Shown piece by piece: positions 1-10,364 of a stretch of DNA of 64,000 nucleotides. This DNA is from Candidatus Poribacteria bacterium (GTDB lineage: Bacteria; Poribacteria; WGA-4E; WGA-3G). The position numbers were made by a program, and so were the translations under genes. Each line of letters begins with the position of its first letter. The first letter of the stretch is position 1. Below the pieces are notes generated by a model. The model did no database searches. It was not told the origin of the DNA and worked only from the letters and a program-made list of their open reading frames with translations. The DNA lies in NCBI GenBank assembly GCA_965215265.1, contig OZ244048.1, positions 2,240,001 through 2,304,000 on the forward strand. Direction: 5' to 3'.

Positions 1-266
1 CCTATGTCAACGGAAAAGTGGTGGATGAACTAGCGTGGAGCGGGAAATTCGTTATCATCCCGGCCCCAAGCGGGGCTATTGTCCTCGGCAAGGACAACGA
101 GGCGGATATCCAACACCTCAACGGATTTATCGATGAATTTGCTTTCTACACCCGCGCCTTGACAGAGGCTGAAATCAACGCAGACATGAATAAAGGCGTC
201 TTGTTTGCGGTTGAACCGACAGACAAACTCAGTACCACTTGGGCCGGTATCAAAGCCGCATACTAA
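1..266 (+). CDS. 3' end of a LamG/concanavalin-like domain protein with conserved C-terminal tail (partial at window edge)
   Basis: LamG-type end 'LNGFIDEFAFYTRALTEAEI' followed by AVEPTDKLSTTWAGIKAAY; the frame continues toward the window start. Confidence 0.75.
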   Translation, partial: YVNGKVVDELAWSGKFVIIPAPSGAIVLGKDNEADIQHLNGFIDEFAFYTRALTEAEINADMNKGVLFAVEPTDKLSTTWAGIKAAY

Positions 267-273
267 CCCTTAA

Positions 274-296
274 AAGGGCGGAACTAATCCGCCCTT
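274..296 (+). terminator. GC-rich hairpin, probable terminator or REP-like palindrome
   Basis: aagggcgga-actaa-tccgccctt just after the stop at 266. Confidence 0.5.
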
Positions 297-324
297 ACGC
301 ACGCACAACAAAGGAATCACAACT

Positions 325-3211
325 ATGGCACGACACCCGAAACCGAATCCTGTAGAAACCGACTCCTACACGCACGAGAACGAAACCCGAACCAGTATCC
401 CACCGGTAGGCCTCGCACCGGACGGAGATATCGCCGAAACGCAAAAGAGAGAATACTACTATAACCCACATCTCCAACCTATACTCCGCTTTGATGCCAA
501 AGATACCCGTTTACCCCCCCCCTAAAAATTTGTTAAGTATTGCACAAAAACGAACGTTAACTGCCGCCGAAGCACAACAACTCGCTGACGCGCTTGACGC
601 AAAACCGTGGCTGGAATGGGCAAATAAACGCGAAGAAGGCGACTCCTTCACCGTGGACCCAATTTCACTCTTCATCCACGAACGACTCAGTGCACAAGCC
701 ATCCTTGAGACCGCAAAACGGAACGACATCCAACGCGACCTCTTCGCCGACCCGCAGCAAAAGTACCGAGACGCAGTCCAATTCTACGCGCATGAGGTGC
801 CGTGGGCGAATCGCCTTATCCTCGGCGATAGCCTACAAGTGATGGACTCACTCGCACATCGCGAAGCGTTGGCTGGCCAGGTCCAGATGATTTATGTAGA
901 TCCGCCCTATGGGATTAATTTCCGATCCAACTTCCAACCGGAGGTGTTTCAGAAAAGTGTCACAGATAGGGATAAGGATCTGACGCGCGAAGTAGAACAG
1001 GTTAAGGCGTATCGCGATACGTGGAAACTCGGGATCCACTCCTACCTCTCCTATCTCAGGCAACGGTTTGTCGTTGCACGCGAACTGCTCAAGGATTCAG
1101 GCAGCATCTTTGTGCAGATTGGTATCGATAATGTCCATCGAGTTCGCTGTCTACTTGATGAAGTGTTCAAACCGGAAAATTTCGTGTGTGAAATCGTTTT
1201 CAAAACACGAAATGCATCTACAAGTAAGCATTTATCCGTCTTGAACGATTTTATCCTTTGGTATACAAAAGAACGGAAGTGTGTGAAGTTCCACCGTTTG
1301 TTTCAGGAAAAAGAAGCAGATTCTAATTTTCCGAAAGGGGAGTTACCAAACGGTGACATGGTATCTGCTTTTTCTAGTGGAAACCCAATTGAGAATATGC
1401 CTGTCAAGGCGAGACTTTTCAAAAACAGTGACTTAACTTCCCGCGGAAGTTCAGGAGGTCATCAACCGTTTAAATTTCAGAATGAAAACTATAATCACCG
1501 AAGCGGAGGTAGTTGGCGAACCAGTATTGAAGGATTATCACGTCTTGCAAAAGCTGACAGACTCATTTCTAGTGATGCAACTGTGAGCTACAAGCATTAC
1601 TTTTCTGACTTTCCCTACAGTGAACTAAGGAATTTTTGGAGTGAACAACTTTTTGAGCAACGCAGAACTTATATTGTGCAAACGTCACGAAAAGTTATAG
1701 AGAGATGTATGTTGATGAGTACAGACCCCGGGGATTTGGTTCTGGATCCGACGTGTGGCAGCGGTACCACCGCTTATGTTGCCGAGCAGTGGGGGAGACG
1801 TTGGATCGCAATTGATACGTCTCGAGTTGCGATTACACTCGCGCGCACTCGTCTCTTGACAGCAACTTTTGACTACTATCAATTGAAAAATGAATCAGAG
1901 GGGGTCGGGAGCGGGTTTGTGCTGGAGACGGCACCGCGTATTCAGTTAAGAGACATTGCGAACAACGTCGCGCTGGACCTCATCTTTGAAAAACATGAAC
2001 CGATATTGGCAGAGAAGTTGGCAATCCTGAACGCTGCCCTGAAGGAGGTTACACCGGCACTGCGTAAAGAACTCAGACTGAAGTTGGCGGAGAAAAAGAA
2101 GCGTGATGTGACGGATGCGGATCGGCGGCGGTGGGATTTGCCAGAAACGGCTTGGGAAGAGTGGGAGGTGCCGTTTGACACCGATGCGGCATGGCCGGCG
2201 GCTTTACAAGAGGCGTTGGTTGCATATCGAGGGGCGTGGCGGGCAAAGATGGACGAGGTGAATACGTGCATCGCTGAATCTGCGAAACAGGAGGTGCTGG
2301 TCGATCGGCCTCTTGTTGATAAAAGCCGCATGCGGGTGAGCGGTCCGTTTACCGTTGAATCGGTGCATCCAGCGGCGGAATCGTTGGATGGGGAAGCAGG
2401 AGAAGCAGATTCTGAATTAGACGTGGAACCGGCGAACGCCGCGGCGTATCTGGAACAGATGTATGCACTGCTGAAAACAGGTGGCGTTGACTTTGAAAAT
2501 GAGAAGAAGGATTTTGCGCGGTTAGACCTGCTCCAAGGCGGCTCCCTCCACGCCGAGGGACAGTTCGAAGATGATGAACGCGACATCTGCGTTGCGTTTG
2601 GACCGCAACACGGACCGGTAACTGCTTTGCAGGTGGAGCACTGCTTGACGGAAGCCAGAAAGTATTACGATGTGCTGCTGTTTGCAGGTTTCAACTTTGA
2701 GGCCGAAGCGCTCGCCATCCTTCAAGGCGAACACCGAAAGCTACAGACCCACTTCGTGCAAATCGCCCCAGATGTTACGATGGGAGATCTGCTCAAGCAG
2801 ATGCAGAGTGATAAACTCTTCACTGTTATCGGTGCACCGCGAACGGTAGTCGAACAGACGGATGACGGAGAATGGCTTGTGAAGATGGAAGGGCTGGATA
2901 CGTACAATCCGGTGGATAACACCATAGAACCGACACAAGCGGATCAGGTTGCGGCGTGGCTTCTAGACACCGATTACGACGGACGTACCTTCTGCCCGAC
3001 GCAGTCCTTTTTTCCGAATAAGAATGCGTGGAAGAACATCGCGCGTTCGCTAAAAACAGTGATTGATGCGGAGAACTTGGAGGCGTTTTCGGGAACGGAG
3101 TCGATTCCGTTTTCAGCCGGTAAGCATAACCGGATTGCGGTGATAGTGATAGATCGGCGTGGGAATGAATTGATGCGTGTCCACAAATTAGAGGAACAGC
3201 AGCATGAATAA
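325..3211 (+). CDS. mod: Type III R-M DNA methyltransferase (Mod, N6A, beta class), frameshifted at the C9 tract 514-522
   Basis: ORF 325..525 has an RBS (aaagga) and a Mod-like N-terminus (YTH...RTSIPP...YYYNPHLQPILRFD). ORF 491..3211 has DPPY and VLDPTCGSGTT. Removing one C joins them in frame. Overlaps the res start. Confidence 0.85.
514..522 (+). repeat. Poly-C9 homopolymer at the mod frameshift
   Basis: tta-ccccccccc-taa; C8 or C11 would be in frame. Confidence 0.9.
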
Positions 3212-6011
3212 AAAATACGAACAACAGCGGATGCCGATTCAGCCGGTAGAAGAACCGATTCTGTGCTCGCCATATATGGAGCCGACGGAACATTGGGTTT
3301 ACGATAAAGAGACTGGCAGGCCGAGCAGACAGCCGGGTCGTCGTAGCGCCGGTTATTGGATAGAAGAGTATGGAACGGCAGAAGAACAGTTGGAATTGAG
3401 TTTTGTGCGTGAAGAAGACTGGAGTACGCTGCGGCTGGTCAACGCCTTGCGTAACGATGTGAAACGCTGGCGTGCGACAGACTATCGGAATGCTATGCCC
3501 GTTACGCGTCAGCTTCTGCGTTATTGGCAGCGTGAAGGCAGGCAGCGTCCGCTCTTTTTCTGTCAATTGGAGGCCGTTGAGACGGTCATCTACCTCGCGG
3601 AGATCCGCAAGCCTGGGCACCGTCTCGGTTTTAAACCGGAATTTGAGGATAAAGATTTGGATACACTGCACGATGCGGATTTAATCCGTTACGGGTGTAA
3701 AATGGCGACGGGGAGTGGGAAGACCGTTGTGATGGCGATGCTAATCGCGTGGGCGTTCTGCAACCGGGGTAAGGTGCGTTCCGACACGCGGTTCCCGTCC
3801 GCAGTGCTGGCGGTATGTCCCAACCTGACGATTAGAGACCGGCTTGAGGTTCTCCGTCCGGAGGATCCGGAGAATTACTACGATAAATTTGACTTGGTGC
3901 CGCCGACGCTCCAAGCATTTCTCAGAAAAGGGAAGGTCAAAATTACCAACTGGCACCAGCTCACGTTGGAATCGGAACATGCAGAGGGTGGGGATTCGCA
4001 CCGCGTTGTAAACAAAGGGGAGGAGACGGCAGAAGCTTATGCGGAGCGTATCCTCGGCGAGCTCGGGGGGCGGGGTGAAATTATGGTGCTTAACGACGAA
4101 GGGCATCACGCTTATCGTCCTTTAGCATCAGAGACGAAACTCAACAAGGAAGAGAAGGCGGAGCAGCAGACTGCGACGGTGTGGATCCAGGGGCTGGATC
4201 GGATTCAGCAGGCGTGTGGCATTCGGTTTGTGGTAGACCTGTCGGCGACACCGTTCTACTTGCACGGCAGCGGGCATCCGGAAGGCAAGCCGTTTGAGTG
4301 GCTCGTGAGCGATTTCGGTCTGGGGGATGCAATAGAGAGCGGCATCACCAAAATCCCGCGAATTCCGATCAGCGATAGCACCGGACGGCCAGAACCGAAA
4401 TATTTTCGCTTATGGGAGCATATCACTGCTCGACTGGGCAAGCGTCCTAAACCGGAAGATATCTATACCGAGGCGAACGATGCGCTGATAACGCTCGCGA
4501 GTCAATGGAAAGCGCAGTTCGATGAGAACGGATCACAGATACCGAACTGCATGATCGTCGTCTGTCCGGAGACGAAGGTTGCCGAAGTATTTCATCGCGG
4601 TATCTCGGGAGAGAGGTTAAGCGACGGTGAAATTGTTTATGACTCGAGTGACCTTTTTGAAGAACTCCGGAACAGTGACGGGGATACGAAAACGTTCCGC
4701 ATTGATAGTAAGAAGCTCGCTGAGGAAGGCAGTGATGCGGAGGCTCTGCGGGATGTCGTTAGTACGATAGGGAAAGAGGGTAAGCCGGGTGAACAGATTC
4801 GGTGCGTCGTCTCTGTCTCAATGCTCACTGAAGGTTGGGATGCGAACAACGTGACGCAAATTCTGGGGTTGCGTGCGTTTAAGAGTCAGCTGCTGTGTGA
4901 GCAGGTTGTGGGCCGTGGGCTGCGCCGCATGAGTTACGATATCAATCCGGAAACAGGGCTTCTTCCGGCGGAATACGTGGACATTTACGGCATCCCGTTT
5001 TCGCTGATTCCGTTCAAGGGGCGGCAGCAAGGGAAGCCGCAGCCGGATAAACCGACTTATCGCGTGCGTGCATTACCGCAGCTGCGCGAGCATGAAATTC
5101 GGTTCCCTAACGTTGACGGGTATATCTTTGACTTGCACCATGCTTCGATTACGGCAGACATTGCGGAGAGGGATCTCCTGAAATTGGACTCTGATCATAC
5201 GCCGGATGCGGTTTTCGCGGGTGGCATCAGTTTGAACGAAGGCAAGCATGTCTATATCGGGGAGCACATTGAGCATAACCGGCAGAAGTTTTATGACGCG
5301 AATCACTTTCAAACCATTAAATTCGACATCGTTAAGCAAATCTTGGATCAGTTACCGATAGAGCGGTGGGAAGAGAAACCGGTGTTATCTCGTCGGCAGC
5401 TCTTTCCAGAGATTTATCGGCTTGTGGATGCCTATACGCAGAAGATCCACTTTGGCTATATGGATGTGCGCGAATTGGGAAACGTGAAATACAGGAAGCA
5501 TGTAATTGAGCTCTTTCTCAACGCGATTCGACCGAGCGAAAATGCCGATGGAGCCGAGTTGGTTCCTATTATCAATCCGAGCAAGCGTTGGGGTAGCTCA
5601 GCGGACGTTGATTTCAGTACCACCAAAGACTGCTATCGGACGCAGAAAAGCCACGTCAACTTCGTAGCTGTGGATAGTACGTGGGAGGCGAGCGCAGCGT
5701 TCCGGCTGGAACGTTCTGCCCATGTGAAAAGTTACGTACGGAATGATGGGCTCTGGTTCACTATCCCGTATCACTTCGAGGGTGCTTCACGCGACTATGT
5801 TCCGGATTTTATCGTTGTTATGTCAAATGGACTCAAAGTGGTGCTTGAGATTAAAGGGCAAGAAACGCCGAAAGATCTGGCGAAGTACCAAGCAGCAAAA
5901 CGGTGGGTGGCTGCTATTAATCACACACAAAAATTTGGCAAATGGGGTTTTCTAGTCTGCCGGAGTCCATCCACGTTAGAGGTCGAGTTGGAGTCGTTGA
6001 TGGCTCGTTAA
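3204..6011 (+). CDS. res: Type III restriction endonuclease Res subunit (SF2 helicase plus PD-(D/E)XK nuclease)
   Basis: Walker A MATGSGKT, DEGHH, SAT, MLTEGWD, QVVGRGLR and C-terminal YVPDF...LEIKG; translationally coupled to mod. Confidence 0.9.
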   Translation: MNKKYEQQRMPIQPVEEPILCSPYMEPTEHWVYDKETGRPSRQPGRRSAGYWIEEYGTAEEQLELSFVREEDWSTLRLVNALRNDVKRWRATDYRNAMPVTRQLLRYWQREGRQRPLFFCQLEAVETVIYLAEIRKPGHRLGFKPEFEDKDLDTLHDADLIRYGCKMATGSGKTVVMAMLIAWAFCNRGKVRSDTRFPSAVLAVCPNLTIRDRLEVLRPEDPENYYDKFDLVPPTLQAFLRKGKVKITNWHQLTLESEHAEGGDSHRVVNKGEETAEAYAERILGELGGRGEIMVLNDEGHHAYRPLASETKLNKEEKAEQQTATVWIQGLDRIQQACGIRFVVDLSATPFYLHGSGHPEGKPFEWLVSDFGLGDAIESGITKIPRIPISDSTGRPEPKYFRLWEHITARLGKRPKPEDIYTEANDALITLASQWKAQFDENGSQIPNCMIVVCPETKVAEVFHRGISGERLSDGEIVYDSSDLFEELRNSDGDTKTFRIDSKKLAEEGSDAEALRDVVSTIGKEGKPGEQIRCVVSVSMLTEGWDANNVTQILGLRAFKSQLLCEQVVGRGLRRMSYDINPETGLLPAEYVDIYGIPFSLIPFKGRQQGKPQPDKPTYRVRALPQLREHEIRFPNVDGYIFDLHHASITADIAERDLLKLDSDHTPDAVFAGGISLNEGKHVYIGEHIEHNRQKFYDANHFQTIKFDIVKQILDQLPIERWEEKPVLSRRQLFPEIYRLVDAYTQKIHFGYMDVRELGNVKYRKHVIELFLNAIRPSENADGAELVPIINPSKRWGSSADVDFSTTKDCYRTQKSHVNFVAVDSTWEASAAFRLERSAHVKSYVRNDGLWFTIPYHFEGASRDYVPDFIVVMSNGLKVVLEIKGQETPKDLAKYQAAKRWVAAINHTQKFGKWGFLVCRSPSTLEVELESLMAR

Positions 6012-6108
6012 CAAGGTACGATAATAGCGCCGGGGTAATAAAAAAAAACGGTGACAATTCTTTAGGTTTTTGGTATGATGGAACGATACAATTATCTAAG
6101 GGACGCAG

Positions 6109-7173
6109 ATGTCATTGAAGGAACAAGAGTGGATAGAAAGCGAGGCGCAATTAGAGTCCCGTCTCTCTGAACCGACCCCGGAGGTTATTGAGGCGGTAGG
6201 TGCGCTTGAGGGCGATCTTCTGATTCTGGGTGTTGGCGGGAAGATGGGTCCGACGCTTGCCAAACAGGCAAAACGCGCTATAGATGCAGCAGGTGTCTCC
6301 AAAAAGGTGATAGGTGTGTCGAGATTTTCGGTACCGGGGGTACAGGAAATGTTGGATGCGTCTGGGATTGAGACGATAGCGGCAGACCTGCTAACTGAAG
6401 ACAGTCTGCAAAACCTACCTGATGTCCAGAACGTGATTTTCATGGCTGGGCGCAAGTTCGGTGCAATGGGCAATGAGCCGTTGACGTGGGCAATCAATAC
6501 CTACCTGCCGGGTCGCGTCTGTGAGAAGTTCCATTCTTCGCGATTGGTTGTTTTTTCTACAGGGAACGTTTATCCGCTAACTCCTGTCAGTTATGGTGGC
6601 GCGACAGAGCGTTATCCAGTGGAAGCGATAGGCGAATACGCGCAATCGTGTCTTGGGCGCGAACGGGTATTTGAATACTTTTCAGCCGAGTTCGGCACCC
6701 GGATGGCGATTCTCCGTTTGAACTACGCCGTTGAGCTGCGTTACGGCATCCTGCTGGACATCGCAGAGCAAGTGTATGCGGAATCTCCAATCCTCCTGAC
6801 GATGGGGAACGTGAACGTCATCTGGCAAGGCGATGCGACAGCGGTTGCGTTGCGGGTTTTTGCACACTGTCAAAGCCCGCCACTGATTCTGAACGTGACG
6901 GGCCCAGAAACCGTTTCTATCCGTTCACTTGCACAACGTTTTCGTGCATTTTGGGCATCAGCAGCAAGTAAACCGACAAACAAGGAGCTCTGCTTCGCTG
7001 GAGAAGAGTCAACAACTGCGCTGCTCAGTAACGCCTCGCAGTGTCATCAACTCTTCGGATATCCCGGTGTCTGCTTAGAGCAGATAGTGCGGTGGGTGGC
7101 CCACTGGGTTCAGATAGGCGGGCCAAGGCTCAACAAACCGACAAGGTTTGAAGTTCGCGATGGGAAATTTTGA
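6109..7173 (+). CDS. NAD-dependent epimerase/dehydratase family protein
   Basis: GVGGKMG Rossmann motif, STGNVY, YAQSC. Confidence 0.85.
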   Translation: MSLKEQEWIESEAQLESRLSEPTPEVIEAVGALEGDLLILGVGGKMGPTLAKQAKRAIDAAGVSKKVIGVSRFSVPGVQEMLDASGIETIAADLLTEDSLQNLPDVQNVIFMAGRKFGAMGNEPLTWAINTYLPGRVCEKFHSSRLVVFSTGNVYPLTPVSYGGATERYPVEAIGEYAQSCLGRERVFEYFSAEFGTRMAILRLNYAVELRYGILLDIAEQVYAESPILLTMGNVNVIWQGDATAVALRVFAHCQSPPLILNVTGPETVSIRSLAQRFRAFWASAASKPTNKELCFAGEESTTALLSNASQCHQLFGYPGVCLEQIVRWVAHWVQIGGPRLNKPTRFEVRDGKF

Positions 7174-7307
7174 AAGGTTACGCTATCTACTTAATTTGTG
7201 ATTGGTTTTCGGGAAAACTTACCAAAACATCTCTTTTGATTTAGGAATAGAAAACGGGCCGTAACCCGGAAAAAACCCACGATTTTTATTAAAAAAAAAA
7301 GAGAATT

Positions 7308-8291
7308 ATGTTAAGATATTACTGGGTTTGCCCTATATTTTTATGGATATTTCTTTTCGCTATTGGGTTCGGGGTTTTGTTCCTAATGCATGATAGTTTA
7401 GGTGAGCCTGTTCCGCGTTTCAAAATAGCATTTGCCTCGGATGTGAGTGGGGACTGGGAGATCTATCTGACAGATACGGTGGGCAGCCCCCCGGTGAACC
7501 TAACAGTCAATCCAGCGGCGGATTATTATCCGTCGTGGTCTCCGGATGGTACGCAGATGGCGTTCTTTTCGCGGCGTGATGCGAATCATGAAATTTACGT
7601 GATGCGTGCTGATGGAACAAGCCAGAGACGGTTAACACATCATCCTGCGACGGATAAAGCCCCAGCGTGGGCCCCGGACGGTGAGCATCTGGCGTTCATC
7701 TCCAATCGTCAGGGCCATTTCGATATCTATTTGTTACATCTCCGGAGTGGTAGATTAGAACCGCTAACCGCGAATCTGTTTGAAGACGAGGTGCCTTCGT
7801 GGTCTCCGGACAGTGAAAAACTGGTTTTCCACTCTAAGCGTGGCCTGAATTGGGATATCTATGTGATAGATATTAACAGCCGCGTGGAACAACGCCTGAC
7901 ACATCAACGACTGATGGATATTTATCCGGCGTGGTCCCCGGATGGCACGCAGATTGTATATGCCTCCATGCGGGGAGAGGGGGAGCTCGCCGATTTGGAT
8001 CTCTGGACGATGGATATTGATGGACAGAACCGTAAAGCCATTACGGATACGCCAACAGATGAAGCCGTTCCGGCGTGGTCTCCGGATGGTACGCAGATAA
8101 CTTTTCAATTTGAGAAAGGGGGCAGATGGGTTGTCCATATCATGAACGCAGATGGCACCCAACGCCAAGAATTGATTAACAACGGTGCGTGGGCAGCACA
8201 GCCGAAATGGCAATCTAGTTCCGAGACACTGCCAGCGGAGCCGCGCGATTTACAAATTCAACAACCGTGGGGTAAAATGAAAGTCCCATAA
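7308..8291 (+). CDS. TolB-like beta-propeller (PD40 repeat) secreted protein
   Basis: N-terminal hydrophobic segment, repeated P[SA]W[SA]PD[GS] motifs, degenerate tail AEPRDLQIQQPWGKMK. Confidence 0.85.
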   Translation: MLRYYWVCPIFLWIFLFAIGFGVLFLMHDSLGEPVPRFKIAFASDVSGDWEIYLTDTVGSPPVNLTVNPAADYYPSWSPDGTQMAFFSRRDANHEIYVMRADGTSQRRLTHHPATDKAPAWAPDGEHLAFISNRQGHFDIYLLHLRSGRLEPLTANLFEDEVPSWSPDSEKLVFHSKRGLNWDIYVIDINSRVEQRLTHQRLMDIYPAWSPDGTQIVYASMRGEGELADLDLWTMDIDGQNRKAITDTPTDEAVPAWSPDGTQITFQFEKGGRWVVHIMNADGTQRQELINNGAWAAQPKWQSSSETLPAEPRDLQIQQPWGKMKVP

Positions 8292-8357
8292 GGTGGCTAT
8301 TGCTTTTCGCACACAGTGCCACAATTTTTTTTATAAAAAGATAAAGGAGATGTTCCT

Positions 8358-9005
8358 ATGCATTACAAAGTTTTAAGTCTAAGTATCTTGTTCGTAGTCG
8401 GTTTACTGCTGACAATCGGTATCAGTTACGGCTATGATCGGGCGATTGAAGCAGAAATGGCAGAGCAGATTGAAGCCCCAATGATAGTCGCTGACGATGC
8501 TTCTGCATCTGGTGGCAAGTTTATCTGGATGGAAGGTCCACCTGCGACGGGTGGTGGCGGTGAAGGTTGGGCGGAATATAAAATAGATCTGCCCGCTGGT
8601 ACCTATGCCTTGTGGGGTAAAGTCATCGCGCAAGATGGCAATAGTGATTCGTTTTGGGTAACGTGGCAGCCGGCAGATCCGGACGAAGATGCGCAAGTGA
8701 CACAGAATACTGAGTTTCGCTGGGGAGTCATGACAGGTGCCGAGTGGCATTGGGACCGCATCAATCACTGGTTAGATGGTGGCACTTTTGAACGCGAATG
8801 GGAGATGCCGGGCGGTGAGACCACGCTCCGTATCGCTGTGCGCGAAGATGCTACGATGTTAGATGTCATTTTCATCACCGATAATCTCTCTGAAGATGAA
8901 GCAGAAGTGAACCCACGCGATCCGGGGCCGGAAGATTTGCTTACGCCGGTTGAACCGCAAGATAAACTCGCCACAACATGGGGGAAACTCAAACACGTAC
9001 AATAG
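8358..9005 (+). CDS. Secreted jelly-roll/CBM-like protein with C-terminal TWG tail
   Basis: RBS aaggag, signal peptide, IEAE...NSDSFWV...REDATMLD, tail VEPQDKLATTWGKLK. Confidence 0.75.
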   Translation: MHYKVLSLSILFVVGLLLTIGISYGYDRAIEAEMAEQIEAPMIVADDASASGGKFIWMEGPPATGGGGEGWAEYKIDLPAGTYALWGKVIAQDGNSDSFWVTWQPADPDEDAQVTQNTEFRWGVMTGAEWHWDRINHWLDGGTFEREWEMPGGETTLRIAVREDATMLDVIFITDNLSEDEAEVNPRDPGPEDLLTPVEPQDKLATTWGKLKHVQ

Positions 9006-9193
9006 GCGTGTTTTTTTGGGCACGATTCACATAGCTCGCATATATGCTTCCAAATTTCGCTTCTACGTCAGTCAGAAGGTCTCACAAAAATACGTAGGCG
9101 TGCTGGAGTGTTTATGAAAAAGATTAGCATAAGCATACAAAAAGCACGCCTATCCTCAAACATTTCTTAATTTCATGAGAAAGGAGTTGCATA

Positions 9194-9868
9194 ATGAAAC
9201 ACCGGATAATTTCTTTTCTGTTTATCTTGTCCTTATGTATCAGCATACAGACAGGAGTTGGAGCCGAGGTTGAGATGGCTCTTGAGGCAGAATTAGCACA
9301 AACGATTGAAGAACCTATGATTGTTGCTGATGACAAGTTGGCATCGGATGGCAAATTTATCTGGATGGAAGGTCCACCTGCGACGGGTGGTGGCGGTCAG
9401 GGCTATGCGGAATTTATCATCAACATTCCCGAACCGGGGGAATACGCGCTCTGGGGCCATGTCATTGCTTGGGATGGAAACAGCGATTCGTTTTGGGTGA
9501 CCTGGCAGCCGGCAGATCCGGACGAAGATGCGCAAGTGACGCAGAATACTGAGTTTCGCTGGGGAGTCATGGCAGGTGCCGAGTGGCATTGGGACCGCAT
9601 CAATCATTGGTTAGATGGTGGCACTTTTGACCGGGAATGGGAATTCGCCAAAGCTGGGGAAACAGTCTTACGCATCGGTGTGCGGGAAGATGCGACGATG
9701 TTAGACGCGATATTCGTTACATCAAACGTCAAAGCCACGGCTGCGGAACAAGCGAATGCACGTCTTCCGACAGACAAAGATCGGAAGATACAGATTGAGG
9801 GGCTTGCTGTGGATGCAGAAGGCAAAGCTGCAACCACCTGGGGCTCTCTAAAGAAAGCATATCGGTGA
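9194..9868 (+). CDS. Paralog of 8358..9005, secreted CBM-like protein with TWG tail
   Basis: RBS aaggag, signal peptide, near-identical core, tail VDAEGKAATTWGSLK. Confidence 0.75.
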   Translation: MKHRIISFLFILSLCISIQTGVGAEVEMALEAELAQTIEEPMIVADDKLASDGKFIWMEGPPATGGGGQGYAEFIINIPEPGEYALWGHVIAWDGNSDSFWVTWQPADPDEDAQVTQNTEFRWGVMAGAEWHWDRINHWLDGGTFDREWEFAKAGETVLRIGVREDATMLDAIFVTSNVKATAAEQANARLPTDKDRKIQIEGLAVDAEGKAATTWGSLKKAYR

Positions 9869-10269
9869 TACCAACAAGTTTGGGTGAACGGCATGCGGGG
9901 CGTGCTCGTCTCAAGGCGTTTGGTAGGCGACTGCTGCCACTGCCACAAACGGTTGTTCCGAAAGAGATAGTGCCGGTCACCGTAATAATACGTGCGCCAC
10001 TGATCGAACCCCCGTTCAAATTGGATGACGCGTTCTGGCGGGCCGAGGCGGTGTTTTAATGCTGCCGCGGCCCGCTTGTCTTTCATTACACGTGAATGCG
10101 TGATATACGCAAGTCCTGAAAGCAGCGCTGCTAGCCCCAGTTTCCCTTTCAATTTGGTAGACAGGAACGCGTCCACGCGTGAACCGAAGCTAAAAAGTAA
10201 GCAGACTATAAGGAGGCAGCAAAGTATTTTTTTTCTGCTTCTGCTAAAAATTTGACAAAAATGTTGCAT
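9604..10269 (-). CDS. Hypothetical exported/membrane protein (3' end overlaps the convergent gene)
   Basis: Signal-like N-terminus and a protein-like 'LGPPERVIQFERGFDQWRTYYYG'; the last ~88 codons are antisense to 9194..9868. Confidence 0.5.
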   Translation of the reverse strand: MQHFCQIFSRSRKKILCCLLIVCLLFSFGSRVDAFLSTKLKGKLGLAALLSGLAYITHSRVMKDKRAAAALKHRLGPPERVIQFERGFDQWRTYYYGDRHYLFRNNRLWQWQQSPTKRLETSTPRMPFTQTCWYHRYAFFREPQVVAALPSASTASPSICIFRSLSVGRRAFACSAAVALTFDVTNIASNIVASSRTPMRKTVSPALANSHSRSKVPPSNQ

Positions 10270-10364
10270 TTCTACCTTGACAAAAAAGGGCGTTTGCAGG
10301 TATCCTAATAAGAAGTTTCAAAACAGTTCGCTTGTGAAAGGAAATTCACGAACACAAACCGTTA

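Noticed and set aside
8358-9868. Diversity-generating retroelement TR/VR pair
   Set aside because: Both copies are full genes, differences are not adenine-specific, and no reverse transcriptase is present
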